DNA from: Peribolospora baueri
Lineage: Eukaryota
DNA length: 64,000 nucleotides
Direction: 5' to 3'
NCBI GenBank assembly: GCA_029717555.1
Contig: JAMDHS010000013.1
Coordinates: forward strand, 62,001 to 126,000
The stretch's first letter is position 1, and each line of letters opens with the position of its first letter. Position numbers and translations under genes: made by a program. Shown one piece after another: positions 11,663 through 23,741 of the stretch. The notes beneath the pieces were generated by a model. It worked only from the letters and a program-made list of their open reading frames with translations. It searched no databases and was not told where the DNA came from.

Positions 11663-12638
11663 CTACTCGTACGCTGGCGGAGCACCTTGTTTCACACGTT
11701 CCCACAGTCGTTCCACTTGCTCGACAACGTGAGGGGGGAGCGGTCCGCCCTCGAAGTCGCGCATGTTGCTTTCAAAGTGCTGCAGCTTTGATCCGCCAAG
11801 GACGACGGCATCGCCCAGGTCGGCGGAGAGGTGGGAATGATGTCGGAGCCAACGGAGGGCGATCTGCGCCGTCGTCAGTCCGTGTAGATCGGCGAGGCGC
11901 GTGAGGTCGTCGAGCCCGTCGAACAAGACGTCTTTATTGAAGAAGCCGGTGAAGAACTCGAGCCCCCGCTTGGGATCCCATCGACTGCCTTGGTCGTACT
12001 CGCCGCCCTTCCGCAGACTGCCGAGGAGGAACCCGCCGCCGAGCGGACTGCAGGTGTAAAAGGCCATGTTGTGCTTGCGCAGGACGGGGAAAAGGTCTTG
12101 CTCTCCGCTTCGCGCGACCAGATTGTACATTCCCTGGTAGACGGTGGGAGGGACGAGGTGCTCCCGCTTGGCGATCTGGACGAGCTCGTCCACCTCCCTG
12201 GGGGACAGGCAAGCACCCCGAACCGCTCAAAAGGCCTTGGCGGTAGAGCGCGTCCACCTCCCGCTCTTGTTCCTCGAGAGGCGTTTCGCGATCGGGGACG
12301 TGGATGTATAGGATATCGAGCTTGGGTACGTTGAGCGCTTCGAGCGACGCGCGCAACGACTCTCTCGCCTCGGAGAGCGTATTGTGGATCCCGATGAGCA
12401 GCTTCGTGCTCACGACCATCCCTTCGTCCTTCACGACATGCGCGATGGCCCGCTCCATCGAATGGGGCCCCGAGCCCGCCACCAAACCATGGTAATACGC
12501 CGCCGAGTCCACTTCGTGGTAGCCCGCCTCTTTGAACAGCTTAAACACCGTCGGCAGGTCCTCTTTGCGTCCGAAACTCGCTTCTGGATGATCGGCAAAC
12601 GTTGCGGTGCCGAGGACGGCCTTGACTTGGGGCGACAT
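11663..12638 (-). pseudogene. Aldo-keto reductase (AKR7/aflatoxin aldehyde reductase-like), intronless, frameshifted near 12210-12232
   Basis: VLGTATF, EVDSAAYY, STKL, LDILYIHVPDRETPLEE in one frame; FERFGV in a second; PTVYQGMYN, SPLGGGFL, ALRWLRHHS, DAVVLGGS in a third. Confidence 0.75.
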
Positions 12639-13211
12639 GGTTCTACTCGGTTTGCGACGACAAGGAGAGAGAAGGGGAGGGGGGCGGGCTACACGTCTTC
12701 TTAAGGAAATCCAAACGGACCACCACCCTGCCTCGCGCGCCCACGCAACGGTGGTCGTGCTCGGCGTGTCCAATAGGACTCGGATGATTGTATAGGACGA
12801 TGTCTCGGCGGGAGCGCACGGATGTACGGGAATACACCAACTCCTCTCGCTGAGACAGCCGCGGGGAGAGGTCCATGTCGGTGCGGTCTGCAACGATCTA
12901 ATCACTACGTGCGCGTGGAGGGCGAGTGGATGCTTAAAAGAGTGCGTCTTCATGCGTAGGCGGTGCACTTGGCAGGGGCACAACTCCTTTGCGGTCATAA
13001 CGACTCGCGTAACACAACGCATGTCCTTGTCGTTGATTGGGGAAGGTCTGCGTCCTTTTACATGGAGAGTGGAATGGTCTGCAGAAACGGACAACACTAT
13101 TTTTGCACAGCCCGTCCAAGTCCAAGTCGAACAGCGCTTCGCAGCGCACAAAACGAGATCGTGATGCGACATTCGTCACCGCCGGCCAGATAAATAAACG
13201 ACCGGTCTCGA

Positions 13212-15125
13212 TCAATTCTCCTCTCCGAACAGGAACCTCACGCTTCCCTCGTTCCCCCCCAACCTTGCCGCCGCGCCCGGCTCCGCTCCAGGCGCGCCAT
13301 CCCCCTCCGCCTTTGCATTTCCCGCGCCGATGACGTCCATAGGTACCGTTTTCCTTCGCTTCTTCACAGGCCCGCCCTGTCGCGCCTGGCCGCGCTCCTC
13401 CTCGATCTTCCGCAATCGGATCTTGACTGCCGTGAACCATTCCGCCGCATCCTTGCCCGTTACCGACGTCGATGTTGATGGCGGACCGCTGTCTTTCCCT
13501 GTCTCTCCTATGAGCGACAGGGGCACATTGGTCGACAGGCGAGGTTTCATTCCCTGCCCAGGCCTGAGCGACTGGGTGGCACCGGCTGCCCCTCCTCCTC
13601 CTGCGCCACTCGAGGAGAGGAAAGAGAGTGACGGTTCAGCGGGAGAAGCTGGAGAGGCGGGAGAGGTGGGCGAAGTGTGAAGTGAGGAGGTGCTGGAGAA
13701 GTTTATGAAGAGGTCGAGAAGGTGATGTGCCACTTCTTCATTCCAGGGGCATAAGAAACGAGGGAGAGCGGGACCGCAAAGGCGTGGCTATGCGTTAGAA
13801 AGGGGTCGAATTACCAAGTTTAAAGACGGACACGATCGGTGAAGACAACTCACCCTCAACGTCTTCCGCATCAACGGCCCACTCTTCTTCCCATCGACCG
13901 CCATACCCAAGCGTCTTAACGATCCGCGCCCCCTCGTCAGCCATCGTGCTCGGACCCTGTTGTCCGTTGGTAGAAGCGGTGGCTCCCTGAGGGTCGGCTT
14001 CCGCTTGATGGGATGAGGCGTGAGAGGCTAGCACGCCTGCCAAGTAGAGCGATGCCAGAGCGATGGTATGTGGCGGAAATTGGAGCGGGGCCAGAGTGCG
14101 AAAGCTAGGAAACAGACATTTGACGGGAGACAGAGGTCCAACTGTCAGCAGGAGCACCTCACTTGGTAGCCCTGGATCGGACTGACAATGTGGTGGATAG
14201 AGCCTTACCTGTCCACCGCCATGCGCCAGGCTCGCCTGGTAAGCTCCTTGGACACTGGGTGAAAGATACGAGCAGGTCCCTCGTTTGAGCTTCAGATCAA
14301 ATATATTCCGTGCTTCGCAAGGACTCACCTCCGAGAGCACGGCCAAACTTGACAACATAAGCGAAAGGCAGGCTGAGCTCAAAGTTGAAGCACACTGTCT
14401 CCAACACGAGTCGCTCGATAGAAAGAAGCCGTTTTCGATCCGCTTCGACGGTCTTTGCAAAAGTCACGGTGGTTGAGGGGTCGATCAACGAACAGTTCTC
14501 GAGAGAGGATCGCAATACCTCAACTCACTGCAGGGTCCACGTCCATCTCTACGCCAACACCACCACCACGGCCTGGCCCCTTGACGAGCTCTGGGAACCG
14601 GACTGCGTACGATACCAGGAGGAGGTCTCGAGACTTTTTAATCGTGTCGTTCAGCTTGGAGGCCACGAGAAGAACGGTTAGGGCGACTTCCTAATGCAGC
14701 AGGCAAGAAGGGGGTGCGCCCAGAGAGAAAACCTGGGGTCAGCCAAGAGGAAACTGACGCGCTGCCGAATGGTGAGTCCGGGCGAAAACGAACATGGAAA
14801 GGAAACTCTTGCAGCGGAAAGAACAGGTGAAAGCGGTGGTACAAATTCTGCGCCGTGGCCAACGTCCTTCGTGGGCTGTAACAATTCGCAAGCAGAAAGA
14901 AGATGAAAACAAAGACGTTTTGTTCGGCTTGAATGGACCATGAGGCCGCGAGACGACTTGCTCGACTCACAAACCCATCCTTGCTCCGACGGCATCGATG
15001 AAAGCGCACGCGGCGGCCCTGCGTTCCTCCTCCTTGGCGACGCTCAGCTTTCCCCGCTGCTTCTCACTCATCCTTGCCACCTCTTCGGAGGTGAAGTAGG
15101 GACGATGCTGGATCGTGACGTTCAT
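13212..15125 (-). CDS. Transcriptional cyclin (cyclin K/Ctk2-like CTD kinase subunit), multi-exon
   Basis: MNVTIQHRPYFTSEEVARMSEKQRGKLS...ACAFIDAVGARMGF; RRTLATAQNLYHRFHLFFP; VASKLNDTIKKSRDLL; RLLSIERLVLETVCFNF; PPHTIALASLYLA. Confidence 0.85.
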
Positions 15126-15333
15126 CTTGCCTCCTCCTCCGTCGTCGCTGGTGTGTCGTCGTCAAACCGCGACTCGTTCGGATCACGTCTTCGATGACGG
15201 ACCTTCGAGTGATCGAGCCGCAGCAAATTATACCAGATACGATCCCGGACCGTTCATCTTATTTGACCCGTGCATCCAATCTTCCATCCACAGCAACGTA
15301 TTTGCTCGACTTCTTCCACGGCCATTGGCGAGC

Positions 15334-16487
15334 ATGTCGCATATCCGGCCCGCGCTTCGATCTTTGACGCTGTCCTTTGGGCCGTCCTCCAGGGCGCTTC
15401 GACCCCTGGCTACCAATCGACCCTCGAGCGGCCCGGCGGCGCAACTACCCATTATTGGATTTGTCCGCGGTTCCGTGGCCCGAGGTTTCGTCTCTCCAAC
15501 GAGCAGCTCCTCACGAAAGCTCCCGTCGACCTCTGGGGTGGAGCGAAGGCGTCCGGGAACTTGGAGGAGATGGTACTTGGCCGCGCCACAGGCGAAGACG
15601 GGAGACGGTTCGGCGCCCGCTCCTGCAGGTTATCGGATAAGGCGCGTCCCTACGTTCCGGCGTCGCACGCATTTTCTCCCATTGGGCGGGGAAATGGATC
15701 TCAACCACTTTTCCAGGGGTACATGGTCTGACAGTCCAATTTTTTTTGTTTCTTTTGCGATTCCGCCACGCACGGCTTTCGCCGTCATCCTTACGAACCC
15801 ATTCCATTCCGCTCTCCAGTTCCCTCGATGAGCGCGAATACCACGAAATCTCGGACCGGACGATGGACAATCTGTTTGAGTACCTCGAAATCCTTTTGGA
15901 AGAGGCAGGAAGCAACAAAGATGGAGAAGAGTGCGATATCGAGTATTCAGTGGGTACTCCTCTACCGCCTCTCTTATCGGCGAGACTGCAAGCTACCTCC
16001 TCGCGGAACCGCGCGTCGCTGCGCGGTCTTGACGGGGAGGCCTTCTGTCGGCGGATTACCAATCGTCCTTCTCGCATGCTCCTCACTCAACCACCGCTTC
16101 TCTGCTCGTGTACACTTTGCAGAGCGGCGTGCTCACGTTACGAATGGGCCCGTCGCACGGTACGTACGTCATTAACAAACAACCGCCTAACAAGCAAATT
16201 TGGTTCTCCAGCCCCGTGAGGTAAGCGCAGGTGTCACACTTGTCACCTCGAGACAAGCTTCACAACCCTTTGTCACTCATTTGGTTTCGCCCCATATCGG
16301 CACATCCGTGCTCTTGTCTCTTTTGCCTTTCTTCAGCGGACCTTTCCGGTTCGATTACTCCGCAGAGCACAAGTCATGGTTCTCGACCAAGGAGGGCAAG
16401 TTGAACACGCTCGACGGTCTCCTGGATCGCGAGCTGAGCGAGATGATGGGGAGGAAGGTGGAGGTTAATCTCGGACTCGAGGAGTGA
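15334..16487 (+). CDS. YFH1: Frataxin, mitochondrial (multi-exon; first donor uncertain)
   Basis: Arg/Ser-rich presequence; [55 protein letters not shown]. Confidence 0.93.
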
Positions 16488-16769
16488 AGTGTAGAGGCCC
16501 AGGCTCAGGTGGCGAGGGAGTAGTGGAATAAAGACTTGAAACCGCAGATATCCGTCCACAGCGTTAGCCGCGCGGAACGCGGCGGCCGCAGCAGGGCCAG
16601 CTACGCACATGAGTACATATATCTACCCCATGGCGCTCAGGCAGGCAGCCGACCATGACCACCACCACGACCGCGATGGCCGCCCACGATGACGATCGGC
16701 CACTCCAACTTTTTCGTTCGCTCACCTTCCATTACGGCGCAGCACCAATTCGCCCGCCGCTCAGATCGA

Positions 16770-17310
16770 TGCAATGCTCCGTCTCCAGGGGCCCAGCAGC
16801 AGCGCTGATGAAATCAAGGACTTTCACAGCCAGGCTCGGCACATCGACCTTCACGCGTCCTACGTCAAGACGCAGTGCTCGAAGGGCAAGACCGTCAGCT
16901 GCATCGTGCCCGATTGCGAGGAGAGAGTGAACAGCAACTCCAGGTTCAGGTCGCACCTCGCACGCATCCATGATCTCGAGTTTACGGCGGGAAACAACGT
17001 GTCTCTCACCGTGACAGAGTACTGTTATATCTGCTACCAATGGTGAGTCCTAGAGTCTCCTCGCGGGTCGGCACGCGTGCACGCAGACCCCTAAGCTTCC
17101 TTTCACCGCCGCTAGGATTTACGGCACAAGAAGTGGGAGGACCATGCGGTATCGCATGAGAAGGAGATCAAGGACTTTTTCAAGACAGCGACCACCACCG
17201 AGGTCGACGAACATGACGGCTTTGTCTACCGCCCTGGCGACTGCCCCCACTGCCTTGCCACCGAGGAGGACATCGAGGCCCACGACCGCTGGACTCGAAG
17301 GTCCGGTACT
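16770..17310 (+). pseudogene. Decayed multi-zinc-finger gene fragment, probable mobile-element relic
   Basis: CIVPDC-x12-HLARIH (C2H2); YCYICYQW, intron 17043-17115, then after a frameshift KWEDHAVSH...YRPGDCPHCL; no convincing start or intact frame. Confidence 0.6.
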
Positions 17311-18431
17311 GGACGAGTATTACGAAGATCAAACGGAAGCCGCCTAGCACACCGCATGGATCTCCGGGCTGTGGACGGATATTCCACGAGAGACTTAGAA
17401 TGGCCGTTCAGAGGTCACGGTATCTGCCGGCACCGGTTTCCGCTCAACGTCTTCGCGTGACAAGGCGCGAGCATAGGAGCTACAAATAGCGCTCGGCTCA
17501 TGTATGTTGCATTTCCGTCATGTGTAGTCATATTTGTCTTATCAATGCCCTGTAGTCACAGTCATACCTTTGGCCTCGGAGAGTTGACGGTGACGACCTA
17601 TGACAGCCAGTCGTCAACAGTCGTTAGTCGGCACGATACGCTAACGCGACTGATGACGACAGAGCAGGAGGCGCACGTCGGCCACCGTCGTGCAAGAGGT
17701 GGCGATCCGAGAGATACGAGGAGCGGCCTTGGCTCGGTGGTCCTCTGTGAGCCAGGCCGAAGCTCTCGTGCTGGACAAGGCAGACGGCAAGCTTATCTAC
17801 ATACATGCGTCCGCCACCCCAGCAACGTGCACTACACCTACTCCGTTTCCATGAGCTCTTCTTTTAGCTTACAATGGCAAAGGTGGTGGAGCTCGTTGTC
17901 GCGAGTGCCGAGAGGAAGCAGTCCCCACATGCCGACCAAGGCCACTTGAGTTGGACTGGCTGAGGGCAAGGAGGGAGGGAGCGGAAGAGCGGCTGGTGAG
18001 CGTGTGGGAGGCGCTGAGGGATGTCCAGCGCTGCCTAGTCCGGAAGGAACGAGGGTTCACTGAAGCGACTTCGACGGATGAGTCGACGAACTGGACGGGG
18101 TGACGACTCTAGAGGGTCATGGGTAGAAACATGAGAAGATCATAATTGAACCTTTTTAAGGCCCTCCTCACATCGGCGTGTTGTCTCGCCCCGGAGTCCA
18201 GTCATGGAATGCCGCGGCCACGAGATAGATCCTCGTACCGTTGCAAGCGGCTCGTTCAAAACCACAAGCGAAGCTAAAAGTACAAGGTGCTACGAACGAA
18301 CAAATCCGCTAGTCGGGAAATGCTGTCTCCCATGTAGCGAACCGCACACTTTCGGACTGCGCATCGGCCGCGATCGGCGCGAGACGCAGGGTCAAGCGAC
18401 CCAACCGCCCATCAAGGCGTCTCAACGGTGC

Positions 18432-20167
18432 TCAGAGCTGGTTACGTTTGCGTGCCGTGCGCTGATATGGCCGCAGGACCCATTCCACGTCCGCTTCGGT
18501 CTGCTCAATCGTTCCTTGTCGGATCTCGTATGCTGGCGCGGACGAAGAAGAGGATAAGGGAAGACAAGAAGGAAGGGGCGAGTCGCGTAAAAGGGTGAGG
18601 AGTGGGTGGATATGAACGGAGCGGAAGGGTAGAAGACGTGGTATATAAGAAAGATGCATCGTATGATCAGTATCGACAGAAGAAGCAAAACGAGACCCAG
18701 AGTCCAACGCCAGGACGAACAGGTGTTCAAGTAGACTCACGTCGCATCTCAAATCGCGGTCCAACCTCCGCAAGCTGTACCTCCTTGTGCGAGGTCTTTA
18801 CGTACACATGGTGCCTGGTAGGGTGAAAAGAAGAGAGGCGAGGCGAAATGGGAGATGGAGCAAGGTGGAGATGGCAAGCGAGAAAGAAAGACACGGATAA
18901 GGGTAGCCGTCAGCTAGAAGGTTAGTAGATCACGGACCGGCAAGAGCAAGCCGGGGGCGGGACGCACCTAAACGAAATGTAATCCCTCTCGTTCGCGAAC
19001 GTCATGATCCTCTTGCTATCCTCCTTGGGTACGGGGAAGAGGTACTTCAAGACGCTCTTGACCCTCTCTCCCAACCTGCTCCCGAACCCGTCGAAGATGA
19101 GATGCGGGAATTGTTCGCTGACCGTGCTCTGTCCTTGGGCAGAGACTTCGTGTCTGAGGACGACGTTGTGCAGAGTGAACAAGGTGGTAGGCCCGTGTGG
19201 AAAGTGGGAGACGATAAGCGCGTCCGGAACACCACGGTGTTCGTGCAGAACGATGAGGTCGGAAATGTCGTTGGACCTGCAGAAAGCCGCCAAATCTTTT
19301 ACGACGTAGTTACCGCGGTTGATCCGGTGAGAATTGGGGAACACGAGGCGCATCTCCTGAAAGAATGCAAGACGTATCGGGTCGAAGAGGATGTCAGCAT
19401 CATTACGGAACAACCGAGTAGCATCTTCACTTCGCTCCAAAAGACCGCCGCCCGGTCAGCGTAGGTGGGTAATTCAGGCCACTCGCCTTGGCGAACTGCT
19501 GAAGTCGACTGCTCGGATCTCGACTCGTGGTGATAAGGATCTTGGGATCGTAGATGCCCGCGCGAGAGTATTCGTCGTCGACGTGCGTTGAGGGCTCTGG
19601 ATCGGCGTAGTGGCGGAAGTAGGGGGAGGGGGAAGGGTTAGGGATGACATGCGGGGTAGGAGGAGTGTGCGGGGGATTATATTCCATGCAAACTCGAGCG
19701 CAGATGCGGAGCCCAGCGACCATTGCTGCCTATTCACCCTCCTCATGAGATATGTCTGCCATCTTCCCTAGCGCTTCCCGTCGATCCCTTCTTTCGCTTT
19801 CCTTCCTCAATCCCTCGCATCCGGCATGCCCACTCACCATTCTGTGCAGCGTCCAAACTCAAACTGCCTGCCAGCTCCTTCGCGTCCTTCCGCAGCTCGG
19901 TGGGAATAGACTTGCCGCTGGCCAACGCCTCTCGTATGGCCTGCTTTCGCTCATAAATCTGGAGCTCCTTGGCCTCGAGCGCTTTGCGGTAGATGTACTC
20001 TCGTCGTTGGCGGGCCTGTCGTCGGATCTGAGAAGAGGGGGAGAAAATGGCGTTTCAAAGGCAAAAAGAACATTGACGGCTCGTCAGCCCCTGCGCCATC
20101 TCTTGCTTCGCACCGAACCGAAAGAGCTCTGGAGAGAGCAACACCATATCGCCCCGATGCTCACCAT
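18432..20167 (-). CDS. IMP4: U3 snoRNP protein Imp4 (Brix domain), multi-exon
   Basis: ATG-only first coding exon then [93 protein letters not shown]. Confidence 0.96.
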
Positions 20168-21033
20168 GCTGCGAATCTGAAGGGTGACGCTGCAGACGGA
20201 GCGACGACGTTCGATCTTCGCTCGCCTGTGCGTCGGTCGAACTGCCGCAGCGAGTAAAATGCTGCGGCCAGGAGGGGGCGGACGATTATTTGTCTTTCCA
20301 TAAAAGGAAGGCTGGATGCAATGTCCTGTGATGATTGCAATCCGAGACTCCGGCAATCCGACGACAGATTCGTCGGCATGAGAATGAATTGAGACTTGCG
20401 AAAGATCCATCCGAGTCGCAACTCTTGCTCTTCTTCGTGCCGCGCATCATCTCCCTTTCTTGCCGCGGCCCAACCTCCAGATATTTCCTTCCGGCTGGTC
20501 GCGTGCTTGCGTACCACATCGCACGAAACATCTCTTCCTCCTCCTCATCGGCCAACGGTCGGGTGCTCGGCTGGCTACCAATGCTCCAGCGCTACTTCCT
20601 CTAGCTCTCCCTGTCCCGTCTCGCCCTTCAATACCGTCGCCCAAGCATTTGCTGTCGAAGCGCTAAGTAAAGTCTCGCCGCCGGCGCATACCGACTTACC
20701 TGCTTATGCCAGCTCGTGCGACAGATGTTCTCTATGACCTTCCGCTGCTCCGTGAGGTCTTCCACTCTGGCGTATCGGCCGGAATCCGTACCGAGACCTA
20801 CGAGCTCATCTTCGTGCATCTCTTTCTTCCTTCTGTTTCTCCCATCTTTTCCGTTCCTCCTCTCCTGCCCCCCTCGTTCCTTGGCGTGCTCACTCACAAG
20901 TTTTCGTTCTCGTTTCTTCATCACGACCACCACTGCCCATTGCTCCCCCATCGTCCCTCCGACGAAGCCATTGCCTGCTCGCACTATAGACCACCTCACC
21001 TGCTCTTGCTTGCTTGAGACTCCCCCACCAAAT

Positions 21034-23450
21034 ATGTCTGACTCGAAGTCTGGCTCTCTGAAACAGGGCAAAGGAACGCACGGCCAAACCGTCACCGAAC
21101 CCAATTCCTCATCCCACCCCGGCCAGGACTCTTGGACGGGGGCTCACGCCCACCCGGCCTCCATTCCTAACCTGTTTGCCGACCGCGTCAGGCACATCTT
21201 CCCACAGGAGACCACTTTCGATTATGTCATCGTTGGAGGTGGTACCGCTGGTAGGTCGGGCTAATTTCTCGGTCGTGGGTCGAGCACCGCTCGATGGCTG
21301 GCTGCAGTGGAAAAGTGGTTGACCATCGCCCGTTCTATTTCCTCGCCTCGCCCCTCCCGCACTCTCAGGCTCCGTCCTGGCGAACCGTCTTACCGAAGAC
21401 CCCAACGTCTCAGTGGCCGTCATCGAAGGAGGCCCGAGCGACGTCAACCTCGAGCGCGTGCTCAATTTGCGCAAGTGGATCAAGCTCCTGGATAGCGATT
21501 TGGATTACGTGTATCCCACCGTTGAGCAGCCGAAGTGAGTTCTCAGCGGAAAGGGAAGTGGGGTGGGCGGGACTGGAGCGAGATGAAGCTGACCATGGAA
21601 TTCTCATCTCCCCTTCTAACCCCACATCGCAGCGGCAACTCCCACATCCTCCACTCCCGCGCGCGAGTCTTGGGCGGCTGCTCCTCTCACAACACGCTCA
21701 TCTCCTTCCGCCCCTTCAAAGAGGACCTCGATGACTGGGCCCGCGCTGGAGCCAAAGGGTGGGACGCTGATACGATGCAGCCGTATGGGGATCGGATCAA
21801 GTTGAACACCGTGCCTGTGCTTGAGAAGGTGAGTTGAAAGGGGGACAGAAATCGGCTACAAGTTCGAGGGGAAGACAAAGCAGCGAGATCAAAGTTTTCG
21901 CTAACCTAATCATGTCACTGCATTTTCTCGGTCTCAGGACCGTAACCCGACTGCAAAGGCCTGGGTCCAATCCTGCTCCCAGGTAACGGGCGCACCCGTG
22001 GTGGATGACTTCAACGCCCAAATTGTCCACCGCGGCGGCTTCCCAGACGGGAATGCGGTCGGCTTCTTCTCCATCTCCTACGACCCTTACAACAACTACC
22101 GCTCTTCCGCCTCCGTCGCTTACCTTCACCCTATCATGGGCTTGAGGAAGAACCTGCACTTCTTCTTGGAGTCTTGGACTCATGGCCTCGTTTTCGATGA
22201 CAAGGATCCTAAGAAGGTCGTGGGAGTCAGGTTCAGGACCAAGAGAGGGGTGGAAAAGACGGTGACGGCGAGAAAAGAGGTTCTACTCTGCGCTGGCGCT
22301 ATCGATTCGCCTCGGTTGCTCCTGCACGCTGGCGTGGGATCAAAGGAGGACTTTGAGAAGCTCGGAATCCCTGTCAGGCACGACCTTCCCGGCGTTGGGG
22401 AGAACTTGGTGAGCTCCCATTCCCTTCTTAGGAGAACTTTTGATCCTCCGTCGTAAAGAAAGGAGCGAGCAGCTCATCTCGCCTTAAGCCCACTTCCGCC
22501 TTTTCACGACCGGCAGCTCGACCACCCTGAATCGATCATCATGTGGCGCACCACTTCCTCTCCCAAAGAATCCGTCATGGACTCGGACGCGGGCCTCTTC
22601 CATCGCCTAGACAAGTCCGATCCTCGTCCGGACCTCATGTGGCATATTTATCAGAGTGAGTGCGGCAAGTGGTGTTTGAGACGTGGCTCGTATTGACTGA
22701 ACGTGCGTGGACTGCACTTTCACGCCCGTCGATTCACTTCGCGCAGTCCCTTTCGCGGACAACACACAGCGCCTCGGCTACCCACGCCCGGAGCACGCGA
22801 TGTGAGTGGTCGGCGCCGTTGACTACCCGGTTTCTTGAGGCTAGCGTGCGCTCGAAAAAAGCTCTTCCATCTGACAGGACGCTGAAACGTTGGCGTCCAC
22901 TCGCTCCCGCGTCCTCTGATTCTCGCCCAAACGCAGCTGCATGACGCCCAATATCGCCCGTCCGAAATCCAAGGGCAAGCTCTCGCTCGCCTCCTCCGAC
23001 CCGTCCGACAAGCCTCTCCTCGACTTCCGCTACTTCACCGATCCCGAAGGCTACGACGAGAGGATCCTCATCGAAGGGATCAAGATCGCCCGCAAGATCG
23101 CGCAGACCTCGCCTTGGAAAGAGCACCTTTTGGAGGAAGTGGCACCGGGCCCGAAAGTCCAGACGGACGAGGAGATTGGAGAGTATGCCCGCCGAGCCGC
23201 TCATACGGTGTACCACCCCGCCGGAACTTGCAAGATCGGCGCGGACGATGACCCGCTCGCTGTGCTCGACGAGCGCCTCCGTGTCAGGGGGCTGAAGGGC
23301 ATTCGGGTGGTGGACGCCTCCGTCTTCCCCGTCATGACGACCGTTAACCCCATGCTTACAGTACTTACTGTCGCCGAGCGGGCCGCCGACTTGATCCGCC
23401 AGGACGCTCTTGCTGCTGACGCCGAGAGGGCGCCCAAGGCGAAGCTTTGA
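21034..23450 (+). CDS. codA: GMC oxidoreductase, choline oxidase (CodA-like), multi-exon
   Basis: FDYVIVGGGTAG; SRARVLGGCSSHN; LCAGAIDSPRLL; DLPGVGENL-DHPES; HTVYHPAGTCKIG; VVDASVFPVMTTVNPMLTV; C-terminal AKL. Confidence 0.85.
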
Positions 23451-23741
23451 TTACTTTCCTCACACGATAATTCTGCTTCCTGACGCCTTTAGAAAGAACG
23501 AATCTGGCCTCCGCGGTCTATTCGATGAATGGATGGATAGCATCTCGCACTCTCTCTCGCTAAGTTATGTCCTCGCCGTTTCGCATGCAATGAACTTGTA
23601 TTGTGCCCCTCTCGACTTTGTACCGTTCTCTGAGGAACCCGATGAGAGTGGGCGAGACCTGTATTCTCGTCGCCTTGTCACACCCAGGTCAACGAAGTGG
23701 CAGACAGTGGGCCGTTGGATGCTTAATTAGCCCGTCATCCG

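Noticed and set aside
12199..12217. 19-nt GT...AG segment that would restore the AKR frame if spliced
   Set aside because: Far shorter than any other intron here, no branch site, and it would remove the conserved FGxS motif
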